Positions 18,628 through 32,902 of a DNA stretch of 64,000 nt are shown here, one piece after another. The stretch lies in assembly GCF_009914755.1 (NCBI RefSeq), contig NC_060926.1. The stretch is one strand, 5' to 3'. Position numbers and translations under genes: made by a program. The DNA is from the human T2T-CHM13v2.0 reference genome, Homo sapiens. Positions within the stretch are counted from its first letter, which is position 1. Each line of letters opens with the position of its first letter. The notes under the pieces were generated by a model. It was not told where the DNA came from, did not search any database, and worked only from the letters and a program-made list of their open reading frames with translations.

Positions 18628-18982
18628 TGTTTTACTCAGTTCAGGTTGCGTGTGCCATAAACTATGTAATGTTTAAAGAACAGAAATTTCTTTCTCACAG
18701 TTTGAGAGTTCTTATGAGCAGGGGTTCAGCATGGATGGGTTCTAGTGAAGGCCCTCTTTCAGATTGCAGACTGTTAACTTTTTCCTGTATCCTCATATGT
18801 CAGAGAGCAGAGAGAAAAAATAGCAAACTCTCTGGTGTTTTTTTTTGGAATGGTCCTAATTCCATTTATGATGGCTCTACCCTGATGACCTAAATACCTT
18901 CTAAAGGCCCCACCTCCTAATATCATCACAATGGTGATTAGGATTTCAACATATGAATTTTGCTAGGACACAGATTATAGCA
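18628..18982 (-). mobile_element. MLT1A-like LTR
   Basis: AACAGAAATTTCTTTCTCACAGTT, AAAGGCCCCACCTCCTAATATCATCAC and TTTCAACATATGAATTTTG motifs. Confidence 0.7.
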
Positions 18983-19926
18983 TCATTCAATAACCATGCA
19001 TCACAATCAATTAGACAAAGTCTTTATCAAAGCCTCAGAAGGTTTCATATTCTGAGATTGAGTGGTTCATATTGTTGTTATAAATTGTTTTTCTTCCTAT
19101 GATTCTAATATCTTTTAGATAATAAATCTTGAATGTTTCAAGGACCAGATGAGTAATTTGTACTTAATTATTATTGACTTACAAAACATAAGAAAACGAA
19201 TGATTGAAATATTAGAACGCAATTTAACCCAAGACAGTGGGCATTTGTTTATGAAAAATACTCTGTGAAAGCTAAGATCGTATCATCCTTCATCTTAACA
19301 AGACTGCAAGTAGTAACTAACAACTTTTATTTATGAAATTAAAATAATGCATCATGATTTTATATCAGTATTAATTTATAAATCTTATTTATAATAGCTA
19401 CAATATGGAAATTTGCTGAGTGAGAAGTAATGCTACTGAGCATAGGGGTTATTTGTGAATAAAAAGAATATTGCTTCCTTGCACTATGAAGATATTATAT
19501 AATGTATATAAAGAGAAAACATTGTCAAAGGTGAATAGTTCATCTAGTCTTATAGAATGTCTTTTACAGAAGACTAAAAATATATTTGTTTGTTTAATTT
19601 TGTACAACAAAAGTAGTTGTCATCTTGGCTACTGACGCCAAGAGTTTAGGACCAGAGGTGATATATTTACATGCTCACTGTGAATGGTAGGTGGGTACTA
19701 AGGCTGCTGGCCTGCAACTATTCCCTTTACTGATGCATTTATTCCCTTGATTTGGGGTCCCTTCCAAAGAAAGAAGACAAGGCAGGTGACCCAGTCTAAT
19801 CTCTGGGTAAATTAACAATGCTGTTTTTGAGGGGAAGAGGCCTTGTCTATTGAATGTGCCGAATAGGACTGAACCCAGCTAGGGATTACTTGTAGCAAAG
19901 AAAACCTGAATCTATGAGCCATAGCT

Positions 19927-20034
19927 TTTTGGTGAATGTCATATAAGCTATTACAAATAGTTATCTAAACAGCAAAATTTTAAGATGCTGTTTGGATAAA
20001 CTATTTGTAATAGCTTCTATGAAGTTTCCCAAAA
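19927..20034. repeat. Imperfect inverted repeat, ~48-bp arms with an 11-nt spacer
   Basis: AAGCTATTACAAATAGTT (19945-19962) is the exact reverse complement of 19999-20016. The arms extend to 19927-19974 and 19986-20034. Confidence 0.9.
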
Positions 20035-20601
20035 CCACCCTCAGATTCAATAATTCACTGGGAAGATTTACAGAACTCACCAAAAGCTGGTATACTCATA
20101 GTTAAAATTTATAAAAAACAAACGAACAAACAAACAAAAAAACCCTCAACCAAAGGAAGAGACACAAAAGAAAGAACCCAGAAGAGCTCCAAACATGGAG
20201 CTTCCAGTTGTCTTCTCTTAATGGAGTCATAGACAGTATTAACTCCTCTTGGCCATACCATATGACAGTACGCATGGAGGGTCCTCAACTAGGGAAGCTT
20301 GCTGGAGCCTTTAGTGTTCAGAATAATCGGGATTCAATCATAAACCCCTGTGTGGCTGTCCTTTTATTTTCAGTCTCTCCTGTAAGTCAGGCTGGTATGT
20401 TTGGTCTCCTCTTCCTCCAGAAATCAGAAATGATACGGCATGGTCCAAAGCCCTCAGCATAAATCACATTGTTAGACTAATCAGTGGCCAAATTTCTAAG
20501 CAAATAGCAGGACAGGACATTCCAAGGACCTAAAGATCATCTCAGAGCCAAGTAAAAAAGCCAAGTCTATTTAAGTGCAAGGTATTTCTTCATTACCCAG
20601 C
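20018..20601 (-). mobile_element. MER77/MER21-family LTR
   Basis: CCCAAAACCACCCTCAGATTCAATAATTCAC, GGAGCTTCCAGTTGTC, ATAAATCACATTGTTAGACT and GCAGGACAGGACATTCCAAGG motifs. Confidence 0.7.
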
Positions 20602-21061
20602 TATGTAACTTCTAGATATTAAAATGAAGATGTTGGAAATTCAAATGATTTTCACTGTGTGCGCAAGTACCACCAGCCTCATTAAAGACACCATCTACTA
20701 TTCTGGGTCTGAAGTGCATATCCAATATGAGAAGGACAAGCCTGGGGAACCACTCTCAATAAACCACACATTTTTTTTCTTTGAGCTTTGGATTGCCTAT
20801 ATTCTTGAAATTAATAATAATGCTGTACACTTTGTGAAAACATCTGATTCATTTGGTTTGGGTGTTACAATCATTCTATTTATTGGGTCTCTGAAATTAT
20901 GTCTAACTTGAAAATGATTAGGTCCAAACAGAAAGGAAGAGTTAAGAAAGCAAGAATATAAAAATAGAGACTACACAAGATATATAAATGCCTGGTTAGG
21001 GCAGGGCCAATTGAGATGCAGTTTTTAGTAAATTCTGACTTAAGTGACTCTGGTATGCAGT

Positions 21062-21502
21062 TTGTAAGGTTTGGATGTTTATCCGCTCCAAATCTCATGT
21101 TGAAATGTAATCCTCAGTGTTGGAGGTGGGGCCTGGCGGGAGGTGATTGGCTTATAGTGACAGATCCCTCGTGAATGGTTTAGCACCATCCCCTTGGTGA
21201 TCACCCTTTGGTGATCAGTTCACCAAGTTCTCAATCAGTTAATTTCCCTGAGATCCGGTTGTTTAAGCGTCTGGGAACTCCTCCTTCTCACTCTTTCTCC
21301 CGCTCTCACCATGTGACACAACTACTCCCCTTTGCCTTCTGCCATGATTATAAACTTCATGAGACTCTTGTCAGGAGCAGATCCCAGCACCATGTTTCCT
21401 ATACAACAGCCTGTAGATTTGTCAGCCAATCAAACCTCTTTTTCAAAAATAAATTACTGAGCCTCAGGTATTTCTTTATAGCAACACAAAAGGCCTAACA
21501 CA
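21062..21502 (+). mobile_element. MSTB-like solo LTR
   Basis: GGTTTGGATGTTT..CTCCAAATCTCATGTTGAAATGTAATCC through GCCTCAGGTATTTCTTTATAGCAACACAAAA..CTAACACA. Confidence 0.85.
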
Positions 21503-21971
21503 CATCTTATACCCCAAACTGAGAACTATTGCAATAAATATTCCTTATGCACAGTTTTATTCCTGTCTCTATATCTCCGTATCTCTATATCTCCATATCT
21601 TTATATCTCTTATCTATCTATCTCTATTACCTAATCTATTTAACAATATTAACATGAAGGATATACAGACAGTCTTCAAACTATTCTTGCAGCTTCTGTG
21701 TAAGTCTGAAATCTTTCAAAAAACAAGCTTAAAATATCATTGCTTATACCACCTTTCCCCAAATGCTCTTGTTGGTTTAAATATATGTTATTTATTATCA
21801 AATAGTATTAGTCCTGTGTTCTATTAAAACTTCTGACATATTTATAATAAATAATTTTTTAATATTTTGTTTAAATGTACTTTTGGGTATTTAGTATTGA
21901 AGAGAATTTTTTTATGAAATGAAGAAAATCTTTAATTTACATACATACATACAAAACTAATATAAAGTAAT

Positions 21972-22238
21972 AAAAACCAAACACCGCATATTCTCACTCA
22001 TAGGTGGGAATTGAACAATGAGATCACATGGTCACAGGAAGGGGAATATCACACTCTGGGGACTGTGGTGGGGTGGGGGGAGGGGGGAGGGGTAGCATTG
22101 GGAGATACACCTAATGCTAGATGACGAGTTAGTGGGTGCAGCGCACCAGCATGGCACATGTATACATATGTAACTAACCTGCACAATGTGCACATGTACC
22201 CTAAAACTTAAAGTATAATAAAAAATAAATAAAAAAAA
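21972..22238 (+). mobile_element. L1PA2-like 3' stub (~270 bp)
   Basis: End of ORF2 plus a complete 3'UTR (GAGATCACATGG, GACGAGTTAGTGGG) and A tail. Possible TSD AAAGTAATAA / AAAATAATAA with one mismatch. Confidence 0.9.
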
Positions 22239-22247
22239 TAATAACTA

Positions 22248-24568
22248 CAGGCCTACCTCATTTTATTGTGCTTCACATGTATTGCACTTTTCACAAATTG
22301 AAAGTTTATGGCCACCTTGCATTGCACAAGTCTATTGGCACCATTTTTCCAAAGTGTGTTCTCACTTCATGTCTCTGTGTCCCATTTTGGTAATCTCTCC
22401 CAATATTTCACACATTTTCATCATTATTACATCTGTTATGAAATCTATGATCAGTAACCTTTCATGACACTATTGTAATTGCACTGGGGCACCACAAACT
22501 GCACCTATATAAAATGGCAAACTTAACTGATAAATGTGTGTGTTGACTGACCAGTTGTTTTCTTTTCTCTCCCCCCTTCTTAGGCTTCTCTATTTCCTGA
22601 GATACAACGATATTAAAATTAAGCCAGTTAATAACCCTAAAATGGGCTCTAAGTGTTTCAAGTGAAATGTTGCATATCTTTCACTTTAAATCAAAAACTA
22701 GAAATGGTTAGGCTTGGTGAGGAAGGAATGTCGAAAACTGAGATATATCAACAGCTAGGCCTCTTGTGCCAAACAGTTAGCCAAGTTGTGAATGCAAAGG
22801 AAAATTTCTTGAAGGTAATTAAATGTGCTCCTCCAGTGACCACATGAATGGCAAGAAAATGAAGCAACCTTACTGTTGGTATGGAGAAAGTTTGAGTGGT
22901 CTAGGCGGAAGATCAAATGAGCCCAACATTCCCTTAAATCCAAACTGAATCCAGAGAAAGACCCTAGCTCTCTTCAATTCTATGAAGGCTAGGATAGGCA
23001 AGAAAGCTACAGAGCAAAATTTAAAGCTAGCAGAGATGGGTTCATGAGATCAAAGAAATGAAACCATCTCCATAACATAAAACTACAAGATGAAGCAGCA
23101 AGTGCTGATGTAGAAGTTGCCACAAGTTATCCACATCTAGCTAAGTTAATTGATGAAGCTGGCTACAGTAAACAACAGATTTTCAATGCATATGAGATAA
23201 CCTTCTATTGGAAGAAGATGCCATTTAGGACTTTCATAGCTAGGGACAATAAGTCAATGCCTGGCTTCAAAGTTTCCAAGGACAGGCTGCCTCTAGTTAG
23301 GGGGTAATGTAGCTGTTGACTTTAAATTAGAGCCAATGCTCATTTACCATTCTGTAAATTCTAGGGCTATTAGGAATTATGCTAGATCTATTCTACCTGT
23401 GACCCAAAATGGAAAAACAAAGCCTGGATGACAGCCCATTTGTTTACAGCATTGTTTACTGAATATTTTAAGCCTACTGTTGAAAACTACTGCTCAGAAA
23501 AAAAAAAAAAGATTCCTTTCAAAATATTACTGCCCCTTGACAATGCATGTAGTCATCCAAGAGCTCTGATAGAGATATACAAGAAGATTAATGTTGTTTT
23601 TCATCACTGCTATCACAACAATCATTCTGCAGCTCATGGGTCAAGGAGTTATTTTGACTTTCTAGTCTTACTATTTAAGAAATACATTTTGTAAGGACAT
23701 ACCTGCCATAGACAGTGATTCCTCTAATGGATCTGTGCAAAGTAAATTGAAAATCCTCTGGAAAAGATTCACCATTCTAGGTGCAATTAATAACATTTGA
23801 AATTAATGGGATGAAGTAAAAATTCCAGAATAAACAGGAGTTTGGAAGAAGTTGATTCCAACTCTAGTGGATGACTTTGAGGAGTTCAAGGCTTCCCTCA
23901 GTGGAGGAGGTAACTGTAGAAGTGGTGGAAATAGCAAAAAGATTAGAATTACAAGTGGAGCCTGAAGATATGAATGACTTGTTGTAATCATATGACAAAA
24001 CTTTAATGAAAGAGGAGTTCCTTTTTATGCATGAGCAAATAAAGTGGTGTCTTGAGATGGAATCTACTCCTAGTAAAGATGTTGTGAACATTGCTGAAAT
24101 GACAATAAAGGATTTAGAATATTCGAAAGTTCTACTTTGGGCAAATTATTATCAAACAGCATCAGATGCTAGAGAAATCTTTCATTAAAAGGCCAATGTG
24201 CCAAACTTTATCGTTCTTTTATTTTAAGAAGTTTGCCACAGCCACCCCAACCTTCAGCAACCACCATCCTGATCAGTCAGCAGGTATCAACATCGAAGCA
24301 AGAACTTCCACCAGAAAAAAGGATTATGACTCTCTGAAGACTCATATGATCATTAGCATTGTTTAGCAATAAAGTATTTCTTAATTAAGTTATGAATATT
24401 GTTTTTTAAAACATAGTGCTACTGCATACTTAACAAACTACAGTATAATGTAACCATAACTTTTATATACATTGGGAAACAAAAAAATTAAGTAAATTGC
24501 TTTAATGAAATATTTGCTTTATTACAGAAGTCTGGAACTGAACCCACGGTATATACGAGGTATGCCTG
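22248..24568 (+). mobile_element. Tigger1 (TcMar-Tigger/pogo) DNA transposon, near full length, transposase decayed
   Basis: Terminal inverted repeats CAGGCCTACCTC and GAGGTATGCCTG with a TA on both sides (22246-22247, 24569-24570). ORF fragments [18 protein letters not shown] and [16 protein letters not shown] match CENP-B HTH and DDE transposase sequence. Confidence 0.93.
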
Positions 24569-25298
24569 TATATTTACATCAAACCAATCTGTCCAGTCTG
24601 ATTATTTTTTCTCAAAATTTAAGAATTAATGAGGAATTCTATAATTATGTTATCATAAAAAAATTAAGTAAAGCAGGATACATATAAAGGAACAAAATCT
24701 GTGATAATTAATCAGTAATATGAATCTTAGGATAAAGTAATTGTTATTTCAATATTCATGTTTTGCCAAGCAGCTATAAAAATGTATCTGAAGACAACAA
24801 CTCTTATCTTTTCTGATAGATGTTTAAAATTTGAATTGGAGATATTTAGTGTTAGGACAGCATAGAATATTAAAACATATTTATTTTATAAATATATAAC
24901 ATATATTTAAACATATTTATTTTAAATAGTTTGCATATTATAAATTAAATAGTAAAAAAAGTTATACATCTATAGACCTAAAAGCTTGCAATATTAACAA
25001 GGTCTAGAATTCCATATTCAAAAAGCAAAAATTTTTCATGTTAATTTGGCAGAGTATTTGAGTATAAAAATTTACTATGGTATTTTCAATGTACTTTTTT
25101 AAAAGTTATATTTATTATTTATATGAAAAACAAATGAGATAAATATAAAAAAGTTAATTACACTGATTAATGAATTATTATATTTGTAAAGCTAAGATTC
25201 TAACATTTTGACAAAATAGTATAATACACTGCCAAGAATAGAAAAATGTAGGGTTGAAATTACATGAAAATATTAGAAATAGGCAAAAATAAAATATA

Positions 25299-25691
25299 CA
25301 GTAGTCCCCCCTTATCTGTGGTTTCACATTTCTTGCTTTCAGTTACCTGCAGTCCACCATGGCCTGAAAATATTAAAAGGAAAATTCCAGAAATAAACAA
25401 TTTATAGGTTTTAAATTATACACCATTCTGAGTAGCATGATGAAATCTTGTGCCATCATCCTGCTGTGTTCTGCCCAGGAAATAAATGTGCCCTGTGTCC
25501 AGCATCTCCACGCTGTAGACTCTCCCTTCCAGTCAGTCCCTTATCTGGGCTCCCAGCTCAAGTTCTGTTACTTCAGTGCTTAGGTTCAAGTAACCCTTAT
25601 TTTAGTTAGTAATGGCTCCAAAGCACAAGAGTACTGATGCTGGAAATTTGGATAAGCCAAATAGAAGCCATGAAGTGGTTCCTTTAAGTAA

Positions 25692-25725
<34 letters not shown>

Positions 25726-25926
25726 CAAGTTCTCGACTTAATAAGAAAAAATAATTATATGTTAAGGTTGCTAAGATCTATGGTAAGAACAAATCTTCTA
25801 TCCGCGAAATTGTGAAGAAGGAAAAAAATGTTGTGCATAGTTTCTATAGGATTTGTACTGTTTGCCGTGTCAGGCATCCACTGGGGTTCTTGGAAGATAT
25901 ATCCCACAGATAAGGGGAGACTACTG
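25299..25926 (+). mobile_element. MER44 (Tigger7-derived) non-autonomous element
   Basis: Terminal inverted repeats CAGTAGTCCCCCCTTATC and GATAAGGGGAGACTACTG, TA TSD, internal MAPKHKSTDAGNLD remnant and an internal A31 run. Confidence 0.88.
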
Positions 25927-26427
25927 TATAGAAGTTCCAAGACAAAAAATACTATCAATTCAGAAGAAAAAAGAGATTTCCACAACACACTCCATAATAA
26001 AACCAATGTAATTTGGTATCTAAGACATAACTGAAGCAATCAGTACTTCAAAATGATAGAAAAAAAGATAGGAAAAAAGATTCCCCCTTCTCAGGCAACC
26101 CACAGCAACCAAACTAGATTTCTTGGAATTTCTAGAACACAACAGGACTGCTTTTGTATTGATGACTCCTTGCACTTATATTGCCTCCTTCAGGAAGTCT
26201 ACTCTCCTAATTTCTTCCTTCAAGGTTTCTTTGCTTTGTTTCTTTGCCTTTTCAAATATTTGTTCAAAAGTCCTCTTCTCCTTTTGGACTTCTTTGAACA
26301 TCCTCACAGCCTCCCACTCCTGAACTCTATATTCCTTCACTGCTGTTTAATATTTCTTCATAGAACATTTAAGAATCTAACATGCTACATGTCTCTGTCC
26401 ATTAGAATTAAGCCCCAAGGGACAAGG

Positions 26428-26758
26428 TTTTTGTTTTGTTTTTAATTCCAACTTTTATTTTAGATACAGGGGGTACATGTACAGGTTTGATACATGGGAA
26501 TATTGTGTTATGACGAAGCTTTGGGTACAGATCCTGTCACCCAGGGAGTGAGCACGGTACCAATTAGGTAGTTTTCCAACCCATTCTCTCTTTTCTCCCT
26601 CCTCCTTCTAGTAGTCTGCACTGTCTACTGTTCCATATTTATGTCCATGTGTGCTCAGGGTTTAGCTTCCGCTTATAAGTGAGAACATGCTGTATTTGGT
26701 TTTCTGTTCCTTTGTTAATTTGCTTAGGATTATGGCCTCCAATTGAATCCATGTTGCT
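26428..26758 (-). mobile_element. Older primate L1 3' end (L1PA15/16-like) inside an L2 remnant
   Basis: AACTTTTATTTTAGATACAGGGGGTACATGT through CTTATAAGTGAGAACATG..TTGGTTTTCTGTTCC. Confidence 0.75.
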
Positions 26759-27369
26759 AGGTGCTTGGATCAGTGCTGCAACAAAAAAAATATGAAATTT
26801 TGTCTGCTTTATTTGCTGCACTGACCCTAGCACCTAGAATAATTATCAGCACAGGGTTAGCGCCCCATCTTTATTTGATAAACAGATGAAAAAAAATTTT
26901 GCAACACGAAAAACTGAGATATAATTTGTATTCAGAACATATAAAGAATTCCTATAAAGCAATTTAAAAACACAATTCAATAGAAGAATAGGCAATGGAC
27001 AAGAATAGGGAATATAAATAGCCAATAAATATAAGAAAGTATGTTCAATTGCATCCATCAGGAAAATGCAAATTAAAACAAAATGAGGTTTCCAATGAGG
27101 ATGGAACATAACCTGTAACCTCAGATGTCTGATCTAATGGCTAATACTGAATCTTTGAGATAAAGACATCTCCCTATTCCTTACCTTATGCTTCAAAATA
27201 AAAGGAAACTGCATGGCTTATAGATTGTGCTGCTAGCTACAGTGAGAAACAGGCATTCCTTCTGAGTATGGGGAGTCTTTGAGTAGCAGATGGGATTAAC
27301 TCAAAGAGAAGGCAATTAACTAGACTGTCAAAGCCTCCTGCCTACCTGGCAAGAATGCCAATAGTTATG

Positions 27370-27632
27370 AGCAACCATCCTGTTGCTTCTTGTTGCGATC
27401 TAATTTGTGCTTCCAGAAGTATTTATCATTTAGTGTGGTATTTTCAAGAGTTATGTAATGCAATTAAGAAACATTTTGTGATATTAAATATTTCCAGGGT
27501 AGGAGAAAAGAAGATATTTTATTTAGTAGTTTGTTAGCTTGATTTGTAACTTGAAAATATTTAAGACATATGGTATGTTGGCGTTTATCTTCACTCCGGC
27601 CCCAGGCCCTTCAAATGTTAGGGACTGGCCTG
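27370..27632 (+). mobile_element. hAT-Tip100 terminal fragment (MER115/Zaphod-like)
   Basis: AAGATATTTTATTT..GTTTGTTAGCTTGATTT through CCCCAGGCCC..CAAATGTTAGGG..GGCCTG. Confidence 0.4.
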
Positions 27633-27669
27633 TTCCTAATTATTTATATAGAGAAACTTTTGCATATGC

Positions 27670-27763
27670 ATATACATACATATATATATATATATAATAT
27701 ATATATATAATATATATATATATAGACCCCACACACATACACATACACATACATATACACACA
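27670..27763. repeat. Compound (TA)n/(CA)n microsatellite
   Basis: Interrupted TA run followed by a CA/CATA run, directly visible. Confidence 0.9.
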
Positions 27764-27832
27764 GAGACTTGTCTAGGCAGGTCAAAAATTCCAGGACAGA
27801 ATTTTAATTTGCATCAAGAGTTGAATGATGTG

Positions 27833-28169
<337 letters not shown>

Positions 28170-29863
28170 TTACAGTTACATACCTAAACATCATCTAAAA
28201 ATAAAGTTAATTAAATAATAAACATATTATATTACATATTGTTATGTGTGCATACACACATACACGCAATAGAAGCAAAAATTTCAAGTCCCAAGTAGGA
28301 TACATATAGTGTGCTTTCACTCAGGACTCGCTGCATGGAAATGTACTGTTGTAGACACACATGGCCCTACATGGATGTGTACTGGTATAGACACACATGA
28401 TAAGATATTCATTATCATATCAGTGATGCAAATTTAAACAACGGGATTTCATTTTGCTTATTTAATGAGAAATGTTATGTTAGCTACCTAGTGTTTGTAA
28501 TAGTATAAGAGATGGACATCTTAATATAAACACTGTTAGAATAAACATTTATACTTTTTGTAGGACAATATAGCAAAACACATCAAAATTCTTAAAATGC
28601 AATTAACATTTGATTATATTCAGAAATATATCTTTAAGAAAGAATCACAGGTAAACATAAATATTTTTGAAAATGAAGCTTCATATTTCTTTAAAATTAG
28701 CAAAACAATGGATATAAGTTAATTGTCTAATAGAACACAGGCTAAATAAATTGATGAGATATTATTTGTATGGAATAGTAAGCAGCTCGTAGAAGTGACA
28801 TTAAAGAGACAAATGATAAATTGAGAATGCATAAAATTGCCAGTGGCTGAATTCTGTGGATGAAAGCTAGGTAAAGATATTTGGTTTTAATCTAATGTTT
28901 GGTGTTCATATAATGTTTAAATTTTCAACAACAAGTAGGTGTTGCTCTTAAAGAAAATACATCTCTTCAAAATAATATGTCATGAATTTTTTCCTGCTTT
29001 TTTCCCCTTTAAGTCTTTATTTTTATGCTTATTACAAAACAAATATTTCAGAAATCGTTTCAACAACTTTCAAATGTTTGCAGTTTTCTCATCTCATGGT
29101 TAACCAAAGGCTCACACACATTGAAGGATTTCTTCTTCTGCCTTGTTAGATGAAGCGACTTCTTTGCTATTCTATAAATCACTGATAAGAAAACATCGAG
29201 CAGCTGTCCATCCTTCCACATAACCCAGCAAATGTAAAACCCACATGATTAGAGAATACATAAACTCATCAGCTTACATGGCCATTACATCTTTTTAAAT
29301 TATTCTTTTCTCAAAATTATATTTAATTTGACATTATTCTCTTTGGTGGGTGACACTCTTAATCATGTGTGAAAAGAAAAAAAATTATTTTTTTAACTCA
29401 CCGGCAATAGTATTAAGTTAATATAAATATGACCCTGTTTTTTCTCTACAATTATTTGAGTCCAAATCTCTTGTAACTGATGAAGTTACAGATTCAGAAC
29501 TCTGAAGGTTGTCTAGAGGTGTTAGCATCTAAAAAAAAAAACTGTGCTCTTCTCTCTCCCTGTCTCTCTTCCTCTCCTTCTTTCTCTCTCTACCCCTTCA
29601 GCGAAATTAGAATTTGTGGAATCCTTCATTCACATCCATAGTTGGTAGGTAGGTACATAAATAGACAGATAGATGTTAATAGATAGAATATGTAACACAC
29701 AAATATCATATAAATCATATATATATTTACCTAAATCTCTTATTTATAGATGTTTGCCCACATATTATGTCTCTATATTGCTTTATTGGTTCATGTCTAC
29801 ACCTTGGAATTTATTTCAGCAGCTTTATCTACAAATAGGCATTACATAGTATTTTTTTAAAAA

Positions 29864-30820
<957 letters not shown>

Positions 30821-32222
30821 GCATTTAAAGCACTGTTCCTTAACAACTGAAATGGAGAAAATTAAAACATATTTAGATGGATTGAGTATGGAAAATATTG
30901 AGCCCTATTCTTAGAAGGGAAAATGCAGTAAATCTTTCATGAGCTCTGGCCAGTAGTCCTTTTCTATAGAATACCAATACTGAAAAGTTGACATTCTGTA
31001 AAGCTGTAATCAGTGCAGTTCCAGTTTTTATACTGCTTTAATAGGCATACAGTATTTGAACAAATTGACAGTTTGAGTTAAAAAGGCTTAGAAGTTTGAT
31101 TAACAATTAACTGTGTTTTATTCAGTCAGAGCTTGTTAGAGAAAATTTAAAAATGCCACAATTCAAAAGTAATCTATTTTCACCCTTAATGTCCTATTAA
31201 GAGGTTTGTGCACCTGAAGTACTTTTGAGTTTTCAATATCCCATTTGAACCTTCTTGGTTTGACTTATTTTTTCATGTGTCAGTTATATTCAACTGATTA
31301 ACATGCCTGATGAATACGCGTTTTTAAAAAGTTCTTATCCAATGGGCTTTGAATTAAATCTGTATACGGCAATGATTTTCTAACATTTTAGAAAATTGAA
31401 AATAAGTTTTCTATTATTTTCCCAATTAGGCAATACTGTATTCAAGAACTCAGAACAAGGTTTTAAAACTTTGAGAGATAAAATATGGCAGTTGATGCAT
31501 ACACTTATTTATTTCATATTTTATGTCTGAAATGTATTAATATATATTTTAAGTATGTTTAAAGTATGTAATAGATAAATTCACAGCAACTGGAGCAAAT
31601 CCTCATGAGGTTAGAATACCTCTAAAGACAGCATCATGTGTTAAATAAATGTCATTCCCAAGCCAGAATTTATTGTTATTGACTTTGGCCGGTCTTTCGG
31701 CATTAAGGTGACTGTAACTTTTATTCTCTTAAATCCCCTGCATCCTTGTTTAATCCACTGTGCAGTTCATGCTAGGATTAGTTTGTATAATGAACTCTCA
31801 AAATGCCTAACATATTTTTTTGTTTTAGATTTGTTAATAAATGTTGTCGGCGGTGGACACAAAATGAAAATATATTTAAGTAACTTTATATCCTTATCTG
31901 TGATGTTGATTTGAATTTTGTGTTCCTCTTCTTAAATATTAATCTGACTAGGTGTTAAATTGTGTCTTTCTTTGGGCAACCTGTACAGGCCTTTCTAGAT
32001 AAGGAGTTTTTTAAATGAATGAGCATATCTTGTAAATTGAGACACATATTCCATATATGCAGTTGTAGTTTGATAGCAGCTAATGGGAAACTGTCAAAGA
32101 TAAACAAATTAAATGGAGATAAATCAATTTGGAGGAAGCCAATTACAGTACACAAATTAATTCATTTAAGGCACTCACCCCCTCTTCATCTATGAGGATA
32201 CTAGACTTCTAAATATGCTCAG

Positions 32223-32360
32223 TAGATGCACCGACCTTGTGTCAAGATTTACCTGGGGCAGTCCTGCATTTTGCCTACTGTCTCTTCGTAATTATTCATT
32301 GTACTCTCTTTTACTTTCAAAAGTTTCCATGTTTGAATGATAAATTATGTGGTCACCCTA
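32223..32360 (+). mobile_element. MER94 (hAT-Blackjack)
   Basis: CGTAATTATT..TTTCAAAAGT..GATAAATTATGTGGTCACCCTA. Confidence 0.65.
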
Positions 32361-32765
32361 GCTACATGCAATAGGGACTTACAGAAGATAAGTTAAACGG
32401 CAGCCAAAATATAGCAGAGAGACTAGAAAGCAGAAAGGTCAAGGGCATGTCTGGGAAGAGAGCAGACAGTGACTTTCACAGCTTTCATTAGAACATTATT
32501 TTCCAAAGTTTTATGTATCAGTCCAGATATTCTCCATGGAAACAAAGTTATTTGATGAAATAACATTGGCTGACATGTCATGTTAAATTAATCTTTGAAA
32601 AAAATCACAACATACATTATCATAGCAAAGTCTCAGAAAACCTGTAGAAAATAAAAAAATTATTCAAATGTCTTTAACTCAACATTCCTTGAGTGTTTAT
32701 AATCATCAACTCTCTTTTTTCCATGAAGTAACTATCAACATCTAAAAGAAATAATATTCTATAAA

Positions 32766-32902
32766 TATGGTTATTATATACTTGATTTCTCAAACCAGTA
32801 TTCCTGAAAGTGAGAGGGGACTGTAACACTATTAATAATTAAACTGGAGAAAAACGTAAATAGGAATTGTCCTGGCTAAGCCAGGACAGTTTTAAGTGAT
32901 CT
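32766..32902 (-). mobile_element. MER94 (hAT-Blackjack), opposite orientation
   Basis: CAAACCAG..GAAAGTGAGAGGGG..CTATTAATAATTA..CGTAAA..TGTCCTGG..CCAGGACA. Confidence 0.55.

Noticed and set aside
21560-21630. TCTCTATATCTC-type short tandem repeat, and small duplications near 21190-21217 and 24873-24924
   Set aside because: These are common slippage products with no further structure.
22066-22092. G-quadruplex-like G tracts (also near 6485-6505 and 35430-35456)
   Set aside because: This is a known standard feature of the L1 3'UTR.
22653-24188. Tigger transposase ORFs as a domesticated TIGD1-like gene
   Set aside because: The frame is broken into short pieces by many stops and frameshifts.
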